From Lama guanicoe (Eukaryota), in NCBI GenBank assembly GCA_013239625.1, contig MU053933.1, positions 2,691,026-2,751,025 on the forward strand: a stretch of 60,000 nt of DNA, read 5' to 3'. Positions 10,131-23,369 of the stretch are shown here, one piece after another (within the stretch, counting starts at the first letter, position 1; the number at the start of each line of letters is the position of its first letter). The notes beneath the pieces are model-generated. The model ran no database searches, was not told the DNA's origin, and saw only the letters and a list, made by a program, of their open reading frames with translations. A program made the translations under genes and the position numbers.

Positions 10131-12672
10131 CAGAAAATCGTTTCAAAAGAGCCTTTAAATCTGATTTTGCTCTGAAATCAAAGAAACGTACGTTAACAGA
10201 CCAGAGACCCACCTGCCCCTCATTACAGCTCTTGAGTCTGGTGGCTGCCCGGGGACGGTGGCTCGACCGTCACCACGCAAAGCACACCCCACCCCCCCAC
10301 AAACCCAGCCTCCGCTCTGGGTGTGAGCCTCCATTTTCACTCCCCAAACAGAATGGTTTTGTTCTGTAAAAATGGTTCCTGTCTGTAAAAACCTGGAGCC
10401 AGTCAACGGCCACCCAGGTGGGCGGGCTCAATAAACGCTCTCACAGCGGCGCAGGGACAACTGCAGAAGAACGTGGCGGCCTCTGTGGCCACCTCCACGG
10501 TGACTGCACAGGCTTCAACTCCCAGAGGGCATCACACAGTGGGAAAAAGGCGAAGACAAACCCGCGCAGAGAACCCTGAGCGGGCGACTCCACGGGTGTT
10601 TCAAGAGGGAGACGAGCTCCGGAAAGCAGCGAGGCGGCTGACAGTGCGGCGGCCGTGGGGGTCGCGGTGGGAACGGAGGCTGCTCCTCAGAGGCGGCCTC
10701 GCCGCCAGATGCAGTGTCACCTGCAGAGACACGGCTTGCACCCCACGTCCGGCTGGGCCACTGTCCTAGAACAGCCCCAGCGCCCCACGCAGGGTGCAGC
10801 CTCATGCCACGGAGTTCGGCCGGATTTATTTTTCGCACTGCCTCACACCGTTATGTCTGCACGGTCACCTCTGCTGAAACAGCAGCGTCTTTCCATTTCT
10901 GTGGCTGAGTCGCGTCTGTTCTGAATTTGCCACAACCCACTGCCCCGATGACCTACTGCTGAAGGGCATGGGGGTTTCTGGCTTGTGGCTCGGAGGAACA
11001 TTCTGGAACACGTGTGGGCACGCACACAGGTGCGTGGGGCTGGGTGTGCTGGGTCACAGGTCCGCCCTCCGTGACCTGACAGCCAACTGGCCCCCAACGG
11101 TTTCCCAGATCCTCCCGCAGCTACGTGGCCCATCCTCCCAAGGGCGGGGGTGGCCTGCATTTCCTGGTCACCAAGGGCCAGAGGGTGTCTTCTCAGGCTT
11201 AAGGGCAGCATGACTTCCTCCCCGGTGTGCCTGAGTTCACCACAAGGCTGCCCGCCCTCGCCTCGCTGCTCCTGACTCTGGGGCCTCCATCGGTAGCTGG
11301 ACGAGTCCTGGCCTGATCCACGGGCTGCATCTTCCTTCTGTCTGCGGTCTGTCTTTTCGTTTGTTTAACGGTACCCACCGACGGGCAGGAATCGTTAATT
11401 CTAATGTAACTGGGACCAATCTTTTCTTTCTGGCCAGTGCTTGTCACACTCTGAGTTTTCTGGGTGGTGGGGGTGACCCCCAGTGGTCCAGCCTCACCTG
11501 CCTCAGCACGGCCCCGCCCAGAGGTGTCTCTCCAAGAGTGAGGCGCTCTGGGCACAAGTCCCTCCTGGACTCAGCTCCAGTCACTCAGAAAAAACAGCCC
11601 ACAGTCCAAAACTTCAGCCAGACCTGCTTTTGAGACCCAAACGGTTTTGGGACACTCGTGACATGGGGTCCCAGTGGGGGTGCCCTCAGCCACGTCCTGC
11701 ATCCACGTCTGTATATGGAGATGGGACCCCCTCAGGCAAAGCGACCAACTGCTGGCTGCCACAGACCCACTGGTGTTTGGTTTACAAAGCCCAGCATGCC
11801 CACAAGGGTCCCAACATGGGGAAAATGGGCTGAAAAGGACGGGGAGGGGCCCGGCCGGGTTGTGGCGGACGTGCAGACAGTCCACACGCCCGCAAGCCTG
11901 GGGAGCCTGGTTTAGACTGACGGGGACTCAAGGGAGGGCGGCTCCTCCAGGGTCCCCATGACCCCCGAGCTCACACCCGCAGCAAAGCCCCCACCGACGC
12001 TCGTCAGGCTGCCCAGCGTGCGTCCTCCTCCAGAGCCAGCCCAGGGGCCACCTGAACCCCTCCCCCTTCCGCTGACCCCGGTGCTGCCCTGTGGGGGTGG
12101 GCGTGGGGCAACCGCGAGGCCGGCTCTCTGCTTCCGAGAAGGACTGGGATGTGCGGCCATGCTTCCAACAGGAGACACCATGAGCAGCAGCCAGGTCGGC
12201 ATGTCCACGCTGGGAGAGGCTCAAGTCTTGCCCCCAACCCCGCTAAGGTGGAGAAGGGGCAAGCCCAGCGGGAGAGGGACCCGAGGTGGAAGCGCATGCT
12301 CCCCCTCTGTGACCTCTCAGACCAGCTCCAGGCAGCCGCCCCAGCACCAGTCACCCTGGGGGTCCCTTCAGACCTTCCCGGCCCCTTGTCCTCGCCCTCA
12401 CCCTGCTGCAGCCACATGTCCCCATGGCCCTCACCCCCACTCTCTCCTCACTGTCCTCTGTCCACCCTCAGGCCCACTGTGCCTAGTGTGGACCAGCGAC
12501 CCTGCCCTGGGGCTCTGAGCAGCCCCAAGGACCACAGGGGGCACAGGGCCACAGAGCTTGGGCCCAGTCGCCCCTACGCGCACCCCAACCCCAGGGCTGT
12601 CCTGTCCTAGCTGCTGGTCCCCACCCGAGGCCCAGCTGCACATGCGCACATGCTCAGCTCACAGGCACTCAC

Positions 12673-12783
12673 CGTGCAGACGTGTTTCTCAAAAGCACAG
12701 GTGCGATGATGGAAGCTGAGCCCTGGACAGACAGACAGGAGACGTTCAGACCCCTCGTCTCTTCGTAGCCCCAGAACCATCCT
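12673..12783 (-). CDS. POFUT2: POFUT2 exon 4 ([37 protein letters not shown])
   Basis: Translated by hand (absent from the ORF track). Acceptor cttgcag, donor GTGAGT. 111 nt. Retains the N-glycosylation sequons NVS and NTS. Confidence 0.97.
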
Positions 12784-13306
12784 CTGCAAGACAAGACCGC
12801 GCACCCCGTTACTCACTTCCTTTTTCTGCGGGAAGAAGTGAAGTCTAGACGCCCGGCCTGATCCTGACACTCAGCTATCTCTCCCGGCCACGACCACAGG
12901 TGGGGACAGTGCGAACATTTTTAAAGAAACCAAACATCTCACGTGGCCTGAAGGGACCAGCAGTATAGGACAGAGCACGCGCAGCCATGGAGGAGCCTGG
13001 AGGAAGCAATGCCTCACGCTTGGGGCCAGAGCTCTGACGGGACTGTCCGTCCAGCAGCCGTGTCCTGGGATGCCCCGGGGTCACTCAGGACTGGAGAGCC
13101 CAACCACTCCAGTCCCTGAGCAACAGGCAGGTCTCCCGATGGCAGCTCACCTGGGGAGATGCCGCCACCACGACCACGTTCAAATGCACTGAACAGTGTG
13201 GGGAAGCTGCGCGTGCCCGGCAGGCATGTGTGACACAGCCCGAGCCCTGGACGAGCGCATGTGGACGGCGGGGGCAGGGGGGGGCGGGGGAGGGACCTGG
13301 CCACAC

Positions 13307-13451
13307 CTGTAGTACTCGTGCTTGTCCTGCGAGTAGAGCGGTGGCTCGAGGCAGGGCCGGCTGTCCACCTTCTCCTCCCAGGCCCCCTCCTTCCAGCCCT
13401 CCGCGTAGCCCTGCAGGACATAGACCTGGTCGATGAAGGGCCCGCCGGACT
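13307..13451 (-). CDS. POFUT2: POFUT2 exon 3 ([28 protein letters not shown]...DKHEYYR)
   Basis: Acceptor cttgcag, donor GTGTGG. 145 nt. Translation matches POFUT2. Confidence 0.97.
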
Positions 13452-14804
13452 CTGCAAGAGACAGGGACCCAGAGTAAGAGCCGCCAGCACAGAGCGGACG
13501 ACACAGAGCTACCACTTCACTTAATGCCACTGTCCACCCGGGAAGACTAGAGACAGCTCACAGGAGCAGAGGGAGGACGAATGAGCAGCCTTGGGACACG
13601 GGGGCGGGGGGGTGTGGCCCAGGCCCCAGCAGCTCCCTTGGACCCCTCCCCTCGTCTCTCCCTCTGCTGCAGGCAGGACTGGTCCCCATGACAGTGCAGG
13701 CTGTCTCCCCGGGGCCCCTCCTCCAGCTGCCGGGACTACAGTGGTGCCAGAGCCCATCCCGGGCTCTCCCCGGGCCTCTGAACAGCTGTCCCCGCCTGGA
13801 CTGTCCCCTGGGGCTGGCTCTTAACCCGTGAGGCTGTTCACACTGCACCTCCCAGGGTGCCTTCCCAGCATGGCCCCTCCTACACCCCGTCCCCGTCTGC
13901 CTTCCTGTCCCCTGCGGCCCCGGTTGCCATCCCGAACAATGCGTGTTCCCACCACGTATTTACACTCTGCCACCCCAACATGAGCTCCAAGCGAGTGGCC
14001 TGTGCCCGTCACCCACTGCTCCCACCCCCACCTGAACATGCTGGCCACGTCCCGGGGTCAGTGAAGACGTGTTCAGAGAGGGAGCGATGGAGCCGCACGA
14101 GCAAAACTCCAGTGTCCCCCAGACATGCTCTGCTCGGGCACTGAGACCTGCCCTGCTGGGCTGATGCCCGAGCTCAGGAGCTTCTCCTACGGTGACGGGG
14201 ACGGGATGGGGAGGCCAAGCCCCCAGGGGGCCCTGCAGCTCCCACCCAGGCCTGTCCCCCCCTCTGAACTGGGTCCAGGCCACGCACTCCCGGCAGCTCT
14301 GGCTCCAGGGGTGCGGTTGGCATAGCGGAGGGAGGACACCTGTCTCCAGTGCCCAGTCACTAAGCACTGTTCCGGGGCTATTTCTTGGGGAACTGTGAGC
14401 CCGGGTGCAGACCAAGGCTGAGACTGCTGCCCAGGCCGAGTCAGGTTGGACCAGACACCCGGCCACCTGTTCTCTCGGGTGGGGAAGGATGATCCCAAAA
14501 AGGCGTTTCCCCAGCCTCAGGGGCTGCTTTCTCAGCAGGAGTGCAGACACCTGAAGATGGTTCCCTGTCGTTCCACGCCTGCAGTGCCCACAGTGCCGAC
14601 CTGGACACGGGACACGTTCAGAGTGACAGGGTATGAGCTGCAGCGAGAACAGAACCCAACAGAGAGGATTCAGCCCGCCAGGCCTCGCACAGGAGAATTC
14701 AATGAATGCTGCTCAGGAACCGGGACTCGCTCTTCCAAGCCGCTCCAGGGAAGCGGAAAGGAGGCAGCACTGACTTTTTCAGTTTATGTCCACAAAACAA
14801 AGTG

Positions 14805-16372
14805 AGAGAAAGAAGAATGGAGCTGGGGAGCCTCACTCCCTGACTTGAGAGTACACTACAGAGCTACAGCCATCAAAACAGTGTGGAGCGGGCACAAAAC
14901 AGACACACACATCAGTGGAACAGGATAGAGCCCAGAAATAAACCCACACACTTACGGCCAATTAATCTACCACAAAGGAGGCGAGAATATACAACGGAGA
15001 AAAAACAGTCTCTTCAATAAATAGCACCGGGAAAACTGGACAGCTACCCGTAAAAGGACGTCATGAGAACACTCTCTAACACCACACACACACACACACA
15101 CACAGAGTCAGAGTGGGTTAAAGACCTGAATGTAGGATCTGACGCTCTGAAACTGCTAGAGGAAAACGGAGGCAGAGCACTCTCGGGCATAAAACACAGC
15201 AGTATTTTTTTTTATCCGTCTCATATAGTAAAAGAAACAAACGCAAAAATAAACAAATGAGACCTAATTGAACTTAAAAGCTTTTGCACAGCAAAGGAAA
15301 TCACAAACAAAATGAAAAGACAACCTAAGAGTGAGATAAAATATTTATAAACAATGGGACTGACAAGGGATTAACTTTCAAAACACACAAATAGCACATA
15401 CAGCTCAGTGTCAAAAACATTTAAAAACCCAGTTGAAAACGGGCACGAATCGAAACAGACGTGTCTCCAAAGAAGACGTCCCGAAGGCCACCAGGCCCAG
15501 GAAAAGACAGTCCATACCGCCAACCATCAGAGAAACGCAAATCCAACCACAATGAGCCGTCACCTCACACCAGTCAGAACGGCCATCATCAGAAAGTCTA
15601 CACGTAACAAATGCTGGAGAGGCTGTGGAGAACAGGGAGCCTCCTACACTGTTATTGGGAATGTAAGCTGGTGCAGCCACTATGGAAAACGGTATGGAGA
15701 TTCCTTAAAAAACTGAACATAGACCTGCCATATGACCCCGCAATCCCACTCCCGGGCGGATATCCAGAGGGAACTCTAACTCTAAATGACACACACTCCC
15801 CAGTGTTCACAGCAGCACTATTTACCACAGCCAAGACATACAAGCAACCGAAATGCTCACTGACAGACGACTGGATAAAAAAGATGTGGTGTCATATATA
15901 CATACAAAATAAACGTTAAAACAGAATATTCCTCAGTCACAAAAAAGAACGAAATAATGCCATTTATAACAACATGGATGGACTTAGAGATTATCATGCT
16001 AAGAGACGTGAGTCAGAGAAAGCCAAGTATCATTTATCACCCATACGTAGAATTTTTTAAAAACGATACAAATGAACTTATTTACAAAACAAAAACAGAC
16101 TCACAGACTTAGAAAACAAACTTATGGCTACCAAATGGGGAAGAAGAGGTGGATAAATTAGGAGTTTGGGATTAACAGATACAAACTACTATACATAAAA
16201 CAAACAACAAGGATTCACTGTGTAATACGGAACGATATTCAATATCTTGCAACCTACAATGGAAAAGAATCTGGAAAAGAACAGACTGTATATGTACAAC
16301 TGAATCACTGCTGTACACCTGAAACTAACACAACATTGTAAATCAGCCACACTTCAATAAAAACAATAATAA
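14805..16372 (+). mobile_element. 5'-truncated LINE-1 (ORF2 3' part, 3' UTR, A tail) in POFUT2 intron 2, antisense to the gene
   Basis: ORF2 C-terminal peptides ([21 protein letters not shown]...DWIKKMW), L1 3' UTR and AATAAA-A-rich end. Frameshifted, with an internal (CA)n at ~15082-15103. Confidence 0.93.
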
Positions 16373-16823
16373 GCTCTGAATAACTTTATTCAAAGAAAAT
16401 CTTCAACTCTTCCCTCTTACAAAAGCTAACATGGGAAGTCTGAGCAGGACCAAATTAAACTGGATGCGCGGTTACACATCTTGGCCAGCATGTGGCCCAC
16501 ACCACACATGCGCCATGTTTTCCTTCAGGTGAGAACGGCCCTGGCTGCACAGGGAGCGAATCCTGCTGGGACAAGGCCTCTGTGGCAGTGGCCTCCTAGT
16601 CACCGCGTCATCTCATCCAGAAGCCAGGGTTTCCAGAGGCGAGGGGACACAGAGCTCACACACTTCAGATCTATTTCCCGAGAAAAACTACGGAAAGACC
16701 CAGATCACTGGTCGTGCAGGTAACACAAGCACGGCCCCAAGCAGAGCAAATGCTAAGACAGCAGGCTGGAGGTAAGGCGGCCCGAGGTTCACACCAGAAC
16801 CAGAACGACGACCACCGCCTCAC

Positions 16824-17074
16824 CTGCAATGAACTGCTCGTACTCAATGACGGGGATGTTTCTGTTGAGACTTGGAAGATCAAAAAAGTCGGACCAGGGA
16901 ATCCGGACCTGATGGATGTCGGGGCTCTGCCAGTGGTAGAGGCGGCCCCAGGGGGGCAGCACCAGCACCCAGTCCTCCGTCTTCAGCAGCGTCTTCAGGA
17001 GGGAGGCGATGCGGATGTAGACGTCCCTGCGGAGGTTGAAGCCCTCCGGGGGATTGACATCGTACAGAAGGTAC
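16824..17074 (-). CDS. POFUT2: POFUT2 exon 2 ([20 protein letters not shown]...IEYEQFIA; includes catalytic E54)
   Basis: Acceptor tgccag, donor GTGAG. 251 nt, phase-compatible with exons 1 and 3. Hallmark [11 protein letters not shown] motif. Confidence 0.98.
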
Positions 17075-17322
17075 CTGGCAGGGAGCACAAGAGAGCAGTC
17101 CTTCAGGGCAAGGCCTCTGCACAGAAACCCAGCTCCCACACCCACGGTCCGTGTCCCAGACTCCAGGCATGTTCAGCAGCTTCTGGTTCCTAAAGTGGAG
17201 GCACTGCCTACCCATCTCCACGTGGCCCATTACTTAAAGAGCCTGGGACCAGATGCAGAAGACATCTTGGCATCCGTTTAACACCAGCTAAGCACCTGAC
17301 TAGCACCTGAGCACCCGTCCTC

Positions 17323-17796
17323 CAGGGGCTCTCAAACTTCCTGGTCTACAGACCCCTGTGCACTCTTAACAGTTATTGAGGACCCCAAAAGGCTGCTGTT
17401 CATGTGGGTTAAACCTGCCAACAGTTCCTGTGTTAGAAGTTAAAGTAAGAACTTCAAAATATATTTATGGGTTCACTTAAAAATAACAGTAATAACCTAT
17501 TACATGTTGCCATTAACACTCCTAAACAAAAAATATTTTTCAAAACAAAAATCATTAGTGAGAAGAGTAGCAGTGATTGTAATTTTTGCAAATCTCTTTT
17601 TGAACTGGTGAGAGCTGGATTCTCCTATCTGCCTCTGCATTCCGTGTTCTGTGATATCACATGCCAGGTGGTCTCTGGAAAACCCCACAGGAAACTCGGG
17701 AGAGTGGGAGAGTGCAAATGGCAGGTGACATCCCAGCGTTTCTACAAAAATGGTCTGGCACCGCAGGGGCCCTGGGACACACTTTGAGAACTGCTG
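17323..17796. mobile_element. Non-autonomous hAT-Charlie DNA transposon (Charlie4a-like) in POFUT2 intron 1
   Basis: Terminal inverted repeats CAGGGGCTCTCAAA ... TTTGAGAACTGCTG around an AT-rich interior resembling Charlie MITEs. Confidence 0.75.
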
Positions 17797-18199
17797 CCCT
17801 GTCCTAGGCGAGACTCCCCTACACAAGAGCCAGGCAAGGGTCCGGGCTTCTGTCATGAGTCACCGCCGCCACACCCCTCCCTTCCCTGTGTTAGTTTTTC
17901 CCACCACCTCCTTCCTGCAGATGAGGATGGAATCCTCAGCTGGGGCCTCTAATCCCAGAAGACCGCCAACCCCGAGAGGAAGGGGCTCATCTACCATCCC
18001 TACACCCCGCACAGTCTGTGCCGGGTCAAGCCCTCAAGAACCGCTGAACGGCAGTCACTCTTGTTTCTTATTCCTGAGCTTTACCGAAGGAACCAACATC
18101 TGAAATTCCCTGCAGATAAACAAGGCTGATAAACCACCCCATTCCAACATCTGATTCTGGGGCTCTTCCAACCCCGGGCAAGGCCCCACTTCTCTAAGA

Positions 18200-18850
18200 G
18201 GGGCCCCCGCCTGCCCTTCCCGGGGGGGCTCTGGGAGGCCGACTCGCGCCCCGGGCCCTGCCCCAGCCCCGCACCCCCGCCCTCCGCCCAGCAGCCCCCA
18301 ACCCGCGCCCCGGCTCCACAGCCCAGCCCCGGCCCCCACCCCCAACCCGGTCCCTGCCCACCGGCCCGCCGATAGCACGGACGCGCGTGTACCGTCTGCG
18401 GGACGCCGCTCCCGACAGGATGTCGGCCGCCGACTGGCCGGGCCAGAACTCCTCGCCCGAGGCCGAGGCCGGCGGCCAGGTCGCCGTCCCGAGCAGCAGG
18501 CAGACGACGGCGAGAGCCGCCATGGCCCCGAGCGGCCACGCACTTCCGGAGGCCGCACTCCGCCCCGGAAGTGTACGCCGGCCCCCGCGGAACGCGTAGC
18601 CTGTAGCCACGGCAACGCCGCGGGGCCCTCCCCTAGCGCTTGCGTCATGCGCCCTCCCGAGGCTGGGTGTCGGAGGGCAGAACAGGCACCGCCGGTGGGC
18701 GGGGCAGCGGGGTTGGGGGCGTGGCCACGCTTCCACGGGCGCGGGCACTCTCACCTGCCTGGCGCGCGGGGCTCGGCATGGGCTCCCCGGCCTCCGCTTG
18801 CACGGGACGTGGACCGGGGCTGTGGGTGGGCAAGCTGGAGGACTGACCCC
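18200..18850. promoter_or_regulatory. CpG-island promoter of POFUT2
   Basis: Dense CpG around exon 1. Inverted ETS sites (18541-18549 and 18565-18573), GC boxes (18558-18566, 18697-18704), RFX X-box-like 18603-18616, TGACGCAA site 18640-18648. No TATA box seen. Confidence 0.85.
18393..18523 (-). CDS. POFUT2: POFUT2 coding exon 1 (signal peptide; [43 protein letters not shown])
   Basis: ATG at 18523 in strong Kozak context (GGGGCCATGG). The translation matches the POFUT2 N-terminus. GT donor at 18392-18391. 131 nt, phase 2. Confidence 0.96.
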
Positions 18851-21800
18851 AAGCCCGCACTGCTGGCCAGGTAGGGCACATGAACTGCAGATCCGCCAGG
18901 CTCGCTGCAGGCCTTGAATTCGCGCTGCCGGGCAGTTTCCGAGAAGACAGGATCTCTCCCAAGAGGGGAGGTAGGGCAGGAGGCGGTCAGGACGGGGGAG
19001 CCAGATGCCGGGTTGGGTGCGGTCTCACTGGAGAGCCACGGTGAGAGGGTGCAGAGCAGCCTCTGGGTTGACGGGGCTAGGAATTTGGGGTATAGGGTGG
19101 GGATGGTGTGTGCCATGCTCTGTGGTCTTCTCAAGAACCCTCACCCCAGAGCAAGGGGCCCTGCTCCCCCGCCCTTCACTGCACCCCCTTCCTTCCCCAG
19201 TACCACCGCCCCTGACCCTGAAGTGCCCCATGACCTCTCCCCATACCGGGCACTGTCTCTGTTAGAGGTACTGAGCTCCGGGTGGCTCCAGCCCGAGGGT
19301 GGGGTTGTATCTGACCGGTTAGGGCGACTGGAGCCTTTGTAGTTCCTGGTATGAAATCTCAGTCCATAACGCAGGGGTGCGCAGAGGCCCTGCAAACAGG
19401 GTTCCCTGCACGGCCCTCCCCGCCACACACCCACAGCGCCGCTGCCACGCCGGGCCCCTGCCTGGCCGAGGACCGCTGGCCCCTCTCCTCCTGTCCCTGT
19501 CCAGGAGTGCACCGCCCACACTGCTGGGCATTTAGGCCGCCCTAGAAGAGCGGCTGGCGTTTTCACGGGCAAATACTTGCTCTTCTGGGAAGACGTGAGT
19601 GTACAGGGATGCAGGGTGTGCTTTTTCATTGCCCTGGAACCGGTGACAGGGATGCAAGCTGCGGTCAAGGCAGTTTTTAGAGAGAGCCCAAAACGTCCCA
19701 CAACCAAAGACCCCTCTTCCCCAACAAGACAACACAGCCTGGGTGGGGAGCCTTGCGCCTCCTCCTGGAGGTTGGGGGTTGCTCACTTCAGCTGGGACAG
19801 AGCCCGAAACAGCCCCGAATGTGCTGGGAGTCGCTTCTCAGAAGACCCGTGGTCTCCACTGCAGGTCCGGCTCCAGAGCCCAGGGCCAGCATGGTGACTC
19901 TGCTCCCGCTGTCCATTCTGGGAGGTTTCGGTGTCCTCTGCAGCCCTTCCAAAATTGCTTTTTTTGGAAACACCCCCCAGATGAGAGGCTGGGTGCCGCA
20001 GCCACTGCCCAGTGTGCTACCGCAGGGAGTGGCACCTGCTCTCCGCAGCTCTGATCGCCCCTCCCCTCCCCCACCCCCACCCCGCTCCTCCTGCATTTCC
20101 TGGTTGATCGCTGGATTATGGTCCTTGCCAGGAGTGACCTGGGAGAGGTTTTGTTAGTCTTTAAGGAAAGAAAGAGAAACCTTTATACAAATAACTGAAA
20201 TTAACTTCCTTCTTTACAGGCAAGTTCCTCTTTCCAATGTTTAAGATTCGTTGACCAGGTGTCAAGTTGCCAAACAACTCACATCTGAGCAAGAACTGCC
20301 TCGCCCTGGTCTCCCCGCGGCATCCACCTGCAGAGACTTGGCCACCAGAGGGCAAGAGAGCTCTTTCCCCACGCCAACGCCAGCGCAGCCTCAGAGGCCA
20401 TGGAGGCAGAGAGAAAGGGCCCCGCCCTGAGGTTCTGGGAGCCTCCAGACACAGCCAGAGAACTGGGGGTTTTCAGAGCTGGCCTAGCAGGGAATCCAGG
20501 CAAGGCCGCCTGGCCCAAGTCTTCCCTGCCCAGAGAGACCCAAGAACTGCTCTGGGCCCCACTGCCCAGTCCAGCTTCCTGAAAAGAGGAGCCACAGGAT
20601 CCACACCCGAGAAGGGAGGAGGACGGCCCTTTGGCCTGGAGTACCAGCAGGGGTGTCTGTGAGACCTGGGGCCACATCTCTTCCTTGTCTCCCCAGGTCT
20701 CTGAAGGGCCAGTGCTGGGCATCCTGGTTGGCAGGGACATGGGGACAACTCTAAACTCTGAAGAGAGCAGAGAGATTCTTCTGGAAGCAAGGATTCCAAG
20801 GCGAGGCCCTTCCCAGACCTGGGGAACCGTGTCCTGAGCAGACCCCTGGGAGGAGGTGTGGGGCTGTGGTGTCCTCTTCAGAGAAGGGCACAGATGGGCT
20901 TCCCGGGGTGGGGGCACCTGCTTTGTCCAGTGGTGTCCACCTCCCAGCCCACCTGGGGGTGGCCCTAGGGGTGGGGGCAGAGGAGGGGAGGGAAGGGGCA
21001 GCCTTAGGGCCGCCTGGCCCCACACAGGGCGCCAAGGGTCAGTGGGAACATCTCAGGGGTCAGGCGTAGGGGAGGAGGACTGGTCTGAGAACATGCCAAA
21101 TCGTGCAATAAAGTGGCCCCTGACCACGAGACATGGGTGGCTGTCTACCCAAGGAGGGAGGCAGAACATTTAGACCCAGGCTCTGAGAAACCTAAGAGGG
21201 GCTGGAGACTCCCCAGGACCCCTGAGGAGCAGCTCTCCTGGGGGCATAGACACCCCAATATACACATTTCTCATGGATGCTTTTTGGGGTACAGAGTGAG
21301 TTACCAGGATCCTGGACTTAGTATGGAATCCCACCCCCTTGTTCACCACAGTTCCTGGCAGTAAAGTCCTGCCATTTGTCCCTGGACATGCACAGGGGAG
21401 CTGACCGCTGTTGGGGGGTCACTGCAGGGCAGGAGCCTTCTGGTGTGGGCTCTGTGACCACAGAAACCCAGGGGAATTTCTTAACAGGAGCACCTGGGGA
21501 CCGCCTGCCAGGACTGTCCTCGTGGGATGGCCAAGGAGCCCATGGGACCCAGGTCACCAAGTGACCAAGTTGTGAGCCTGCCTGGGGTTTTCTGGGGGAG
21601 TGCAGGTTCCTGTGATCAGCACGTGGGCCCAGCACTGCCGGACGATCTGCCCGAAGAAAAGCCTGCCCTCCTGATGACGGCTTATAACACCTGCAGGGAG
21701 ACTGCTCCCAGGGGTCCTGGAGGTCCACCCTGAGAGCGTGGCGAGGCACTGTCCTGCTGGCCACGTGGGGTTACCTCCCCCTGATGCAGAGGCAGACCTC

Positions 21801-23369
21801 TCTTCCTTGGGACCTGGTGGGCACCTGACTCTGGTCCCGCCTGCCTGCCCTGGACACGCAGAGCCCCGGGGCTCAGGCATAGCATGGGATGCGATCGTGT
21901 GGGGGGCAAGGAAGGCCCAGGGAGGGGGCTCATTCAGGTGCAGGGGCCACTCTGCAGGGATACTGGACCTGGTGGTGATGCAGTGCTTCAGAACTCCACG
22001 GAGCCGGGTTCCCAGCCCGGGGCAGAGAAGGGCCTCTCCTTGGGGTGCAGGGTGGGGCTAGACTCAGCGTGGAAGTCAGCCCCTAAAACGGAGGCTGCGC
22101 TACGGCTGTTCCTGGAAAGAAAAATCAGGCCCCTTCAGCCCAGGTGACACAGAAAGGCATTCAGCAGTGTTTAGGGTCCCCAGGTTAGGCTCTGAATTAG
22201 AGGTGAGCGGCTCAGGAGGCCGGCTCCCCGTCCGTGGCTCCAGGAGTGGGCTTTCTGCTGGGGGCAGGGTCCTGGCAAACACCTGTGTCTTTGTGGGAGG
22301 CTCCCCTCTGGCCCAGCTGGGAAGCAGGGTGCAGTTGTGGGAAATCGTGTTTCTGTGAGCAGAGAGCCACCAGGTCGTGGGGGCACAGGGTTCAGTAAGA
22401 ATGATTCCCGCAGCCTTTCTGGGACCAAAACACCAGCAAATGTCAAAAAGTGCGTAATTTGTTTTATCAAACAGGCTGCTTATTTATGTTTCGAGGGCGG
22501 GTTCAAGGACTCGTCCACATCCCTCCAGGACGATCGCGTCAACGGAAGAACAGAGGGTTCATCCCAGAATGAGGCTGACTTGCAAGGAGACCCCGCCCAC
22601 TGAGCACGGCGTAACAGCTCCACGTGGCCCTGCCCTGTGTGGCCTGGGCCCTGGGTCTGGCCGCATCTTGTTTTCTTCCAGCTGAGTTCCAGAAACTCAG
22701 AGGGTGGACTTAGGGGAGTCGTGTTTGGAACCCAGTGAGGAAGTGAGGGTCCTTTATCCAGAGTCCCATCAGCCTAATCACTGTAGCTGAGGCCCGACGC
22801 CCCTCAGACCCCCAGGGCGGCCGTGGAGGGGGAGCAAGCCTGGCAGGGGGCTCGGGGGTCCCACTGCTGGGCCCCTCCCTTGTCTCTGTTCCCTCTTTCA
22901 CCCCAGGAGGTGTGGTTGTCTCCTGTCGCGGTGACCACCCCAGTGTCCCCCCCCAGCAATCTCCCTTCTCCGTCAGGTGGGGTCCCCACCCGTACTCAGC
23001 CCCCTCTCTGCATGGATGCTGGAGGACTAGGTTCACCTGAAGTTCTGAGCTTGAGCAGTACTGTGGAGACAAAGAAACAAGCAACCGTGGCTCTGCTCCC
23101 CCAGCGGAGAAGCTGCCCTGAGCGGAAGGGAGGACGTGGGCACCAGCGCTGTGCGTTGCTGGGGTTTAATAGTTTCTTTTTCAGATTCGAGACAATTGTC
23201 ACATTGTCATTTTCTGGAAAAGGTATCCTTCTTTCACTGACAAGAAATGCCACCTTCCTTCATAAACTAAATTCCCACAGACGTAGTCTTTCCATCCTGA
23301 CGTACGTGTCGATTTCTGCACAATGACACAGTGTTGTGTACATTGCAATGGCTTTACAGCAAGTTCCTT

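Noticed and set aside
18055..18754. Upstream ATG ORF (18648) and in-frame GTG N-terminal extension (18754) of POFUT2
   Set aside because: Both begin upstream of the ETS/GC-box core where transcription probably starts. The ATG at 18523 has a strong Kozak context and yields a proper signal peptide.
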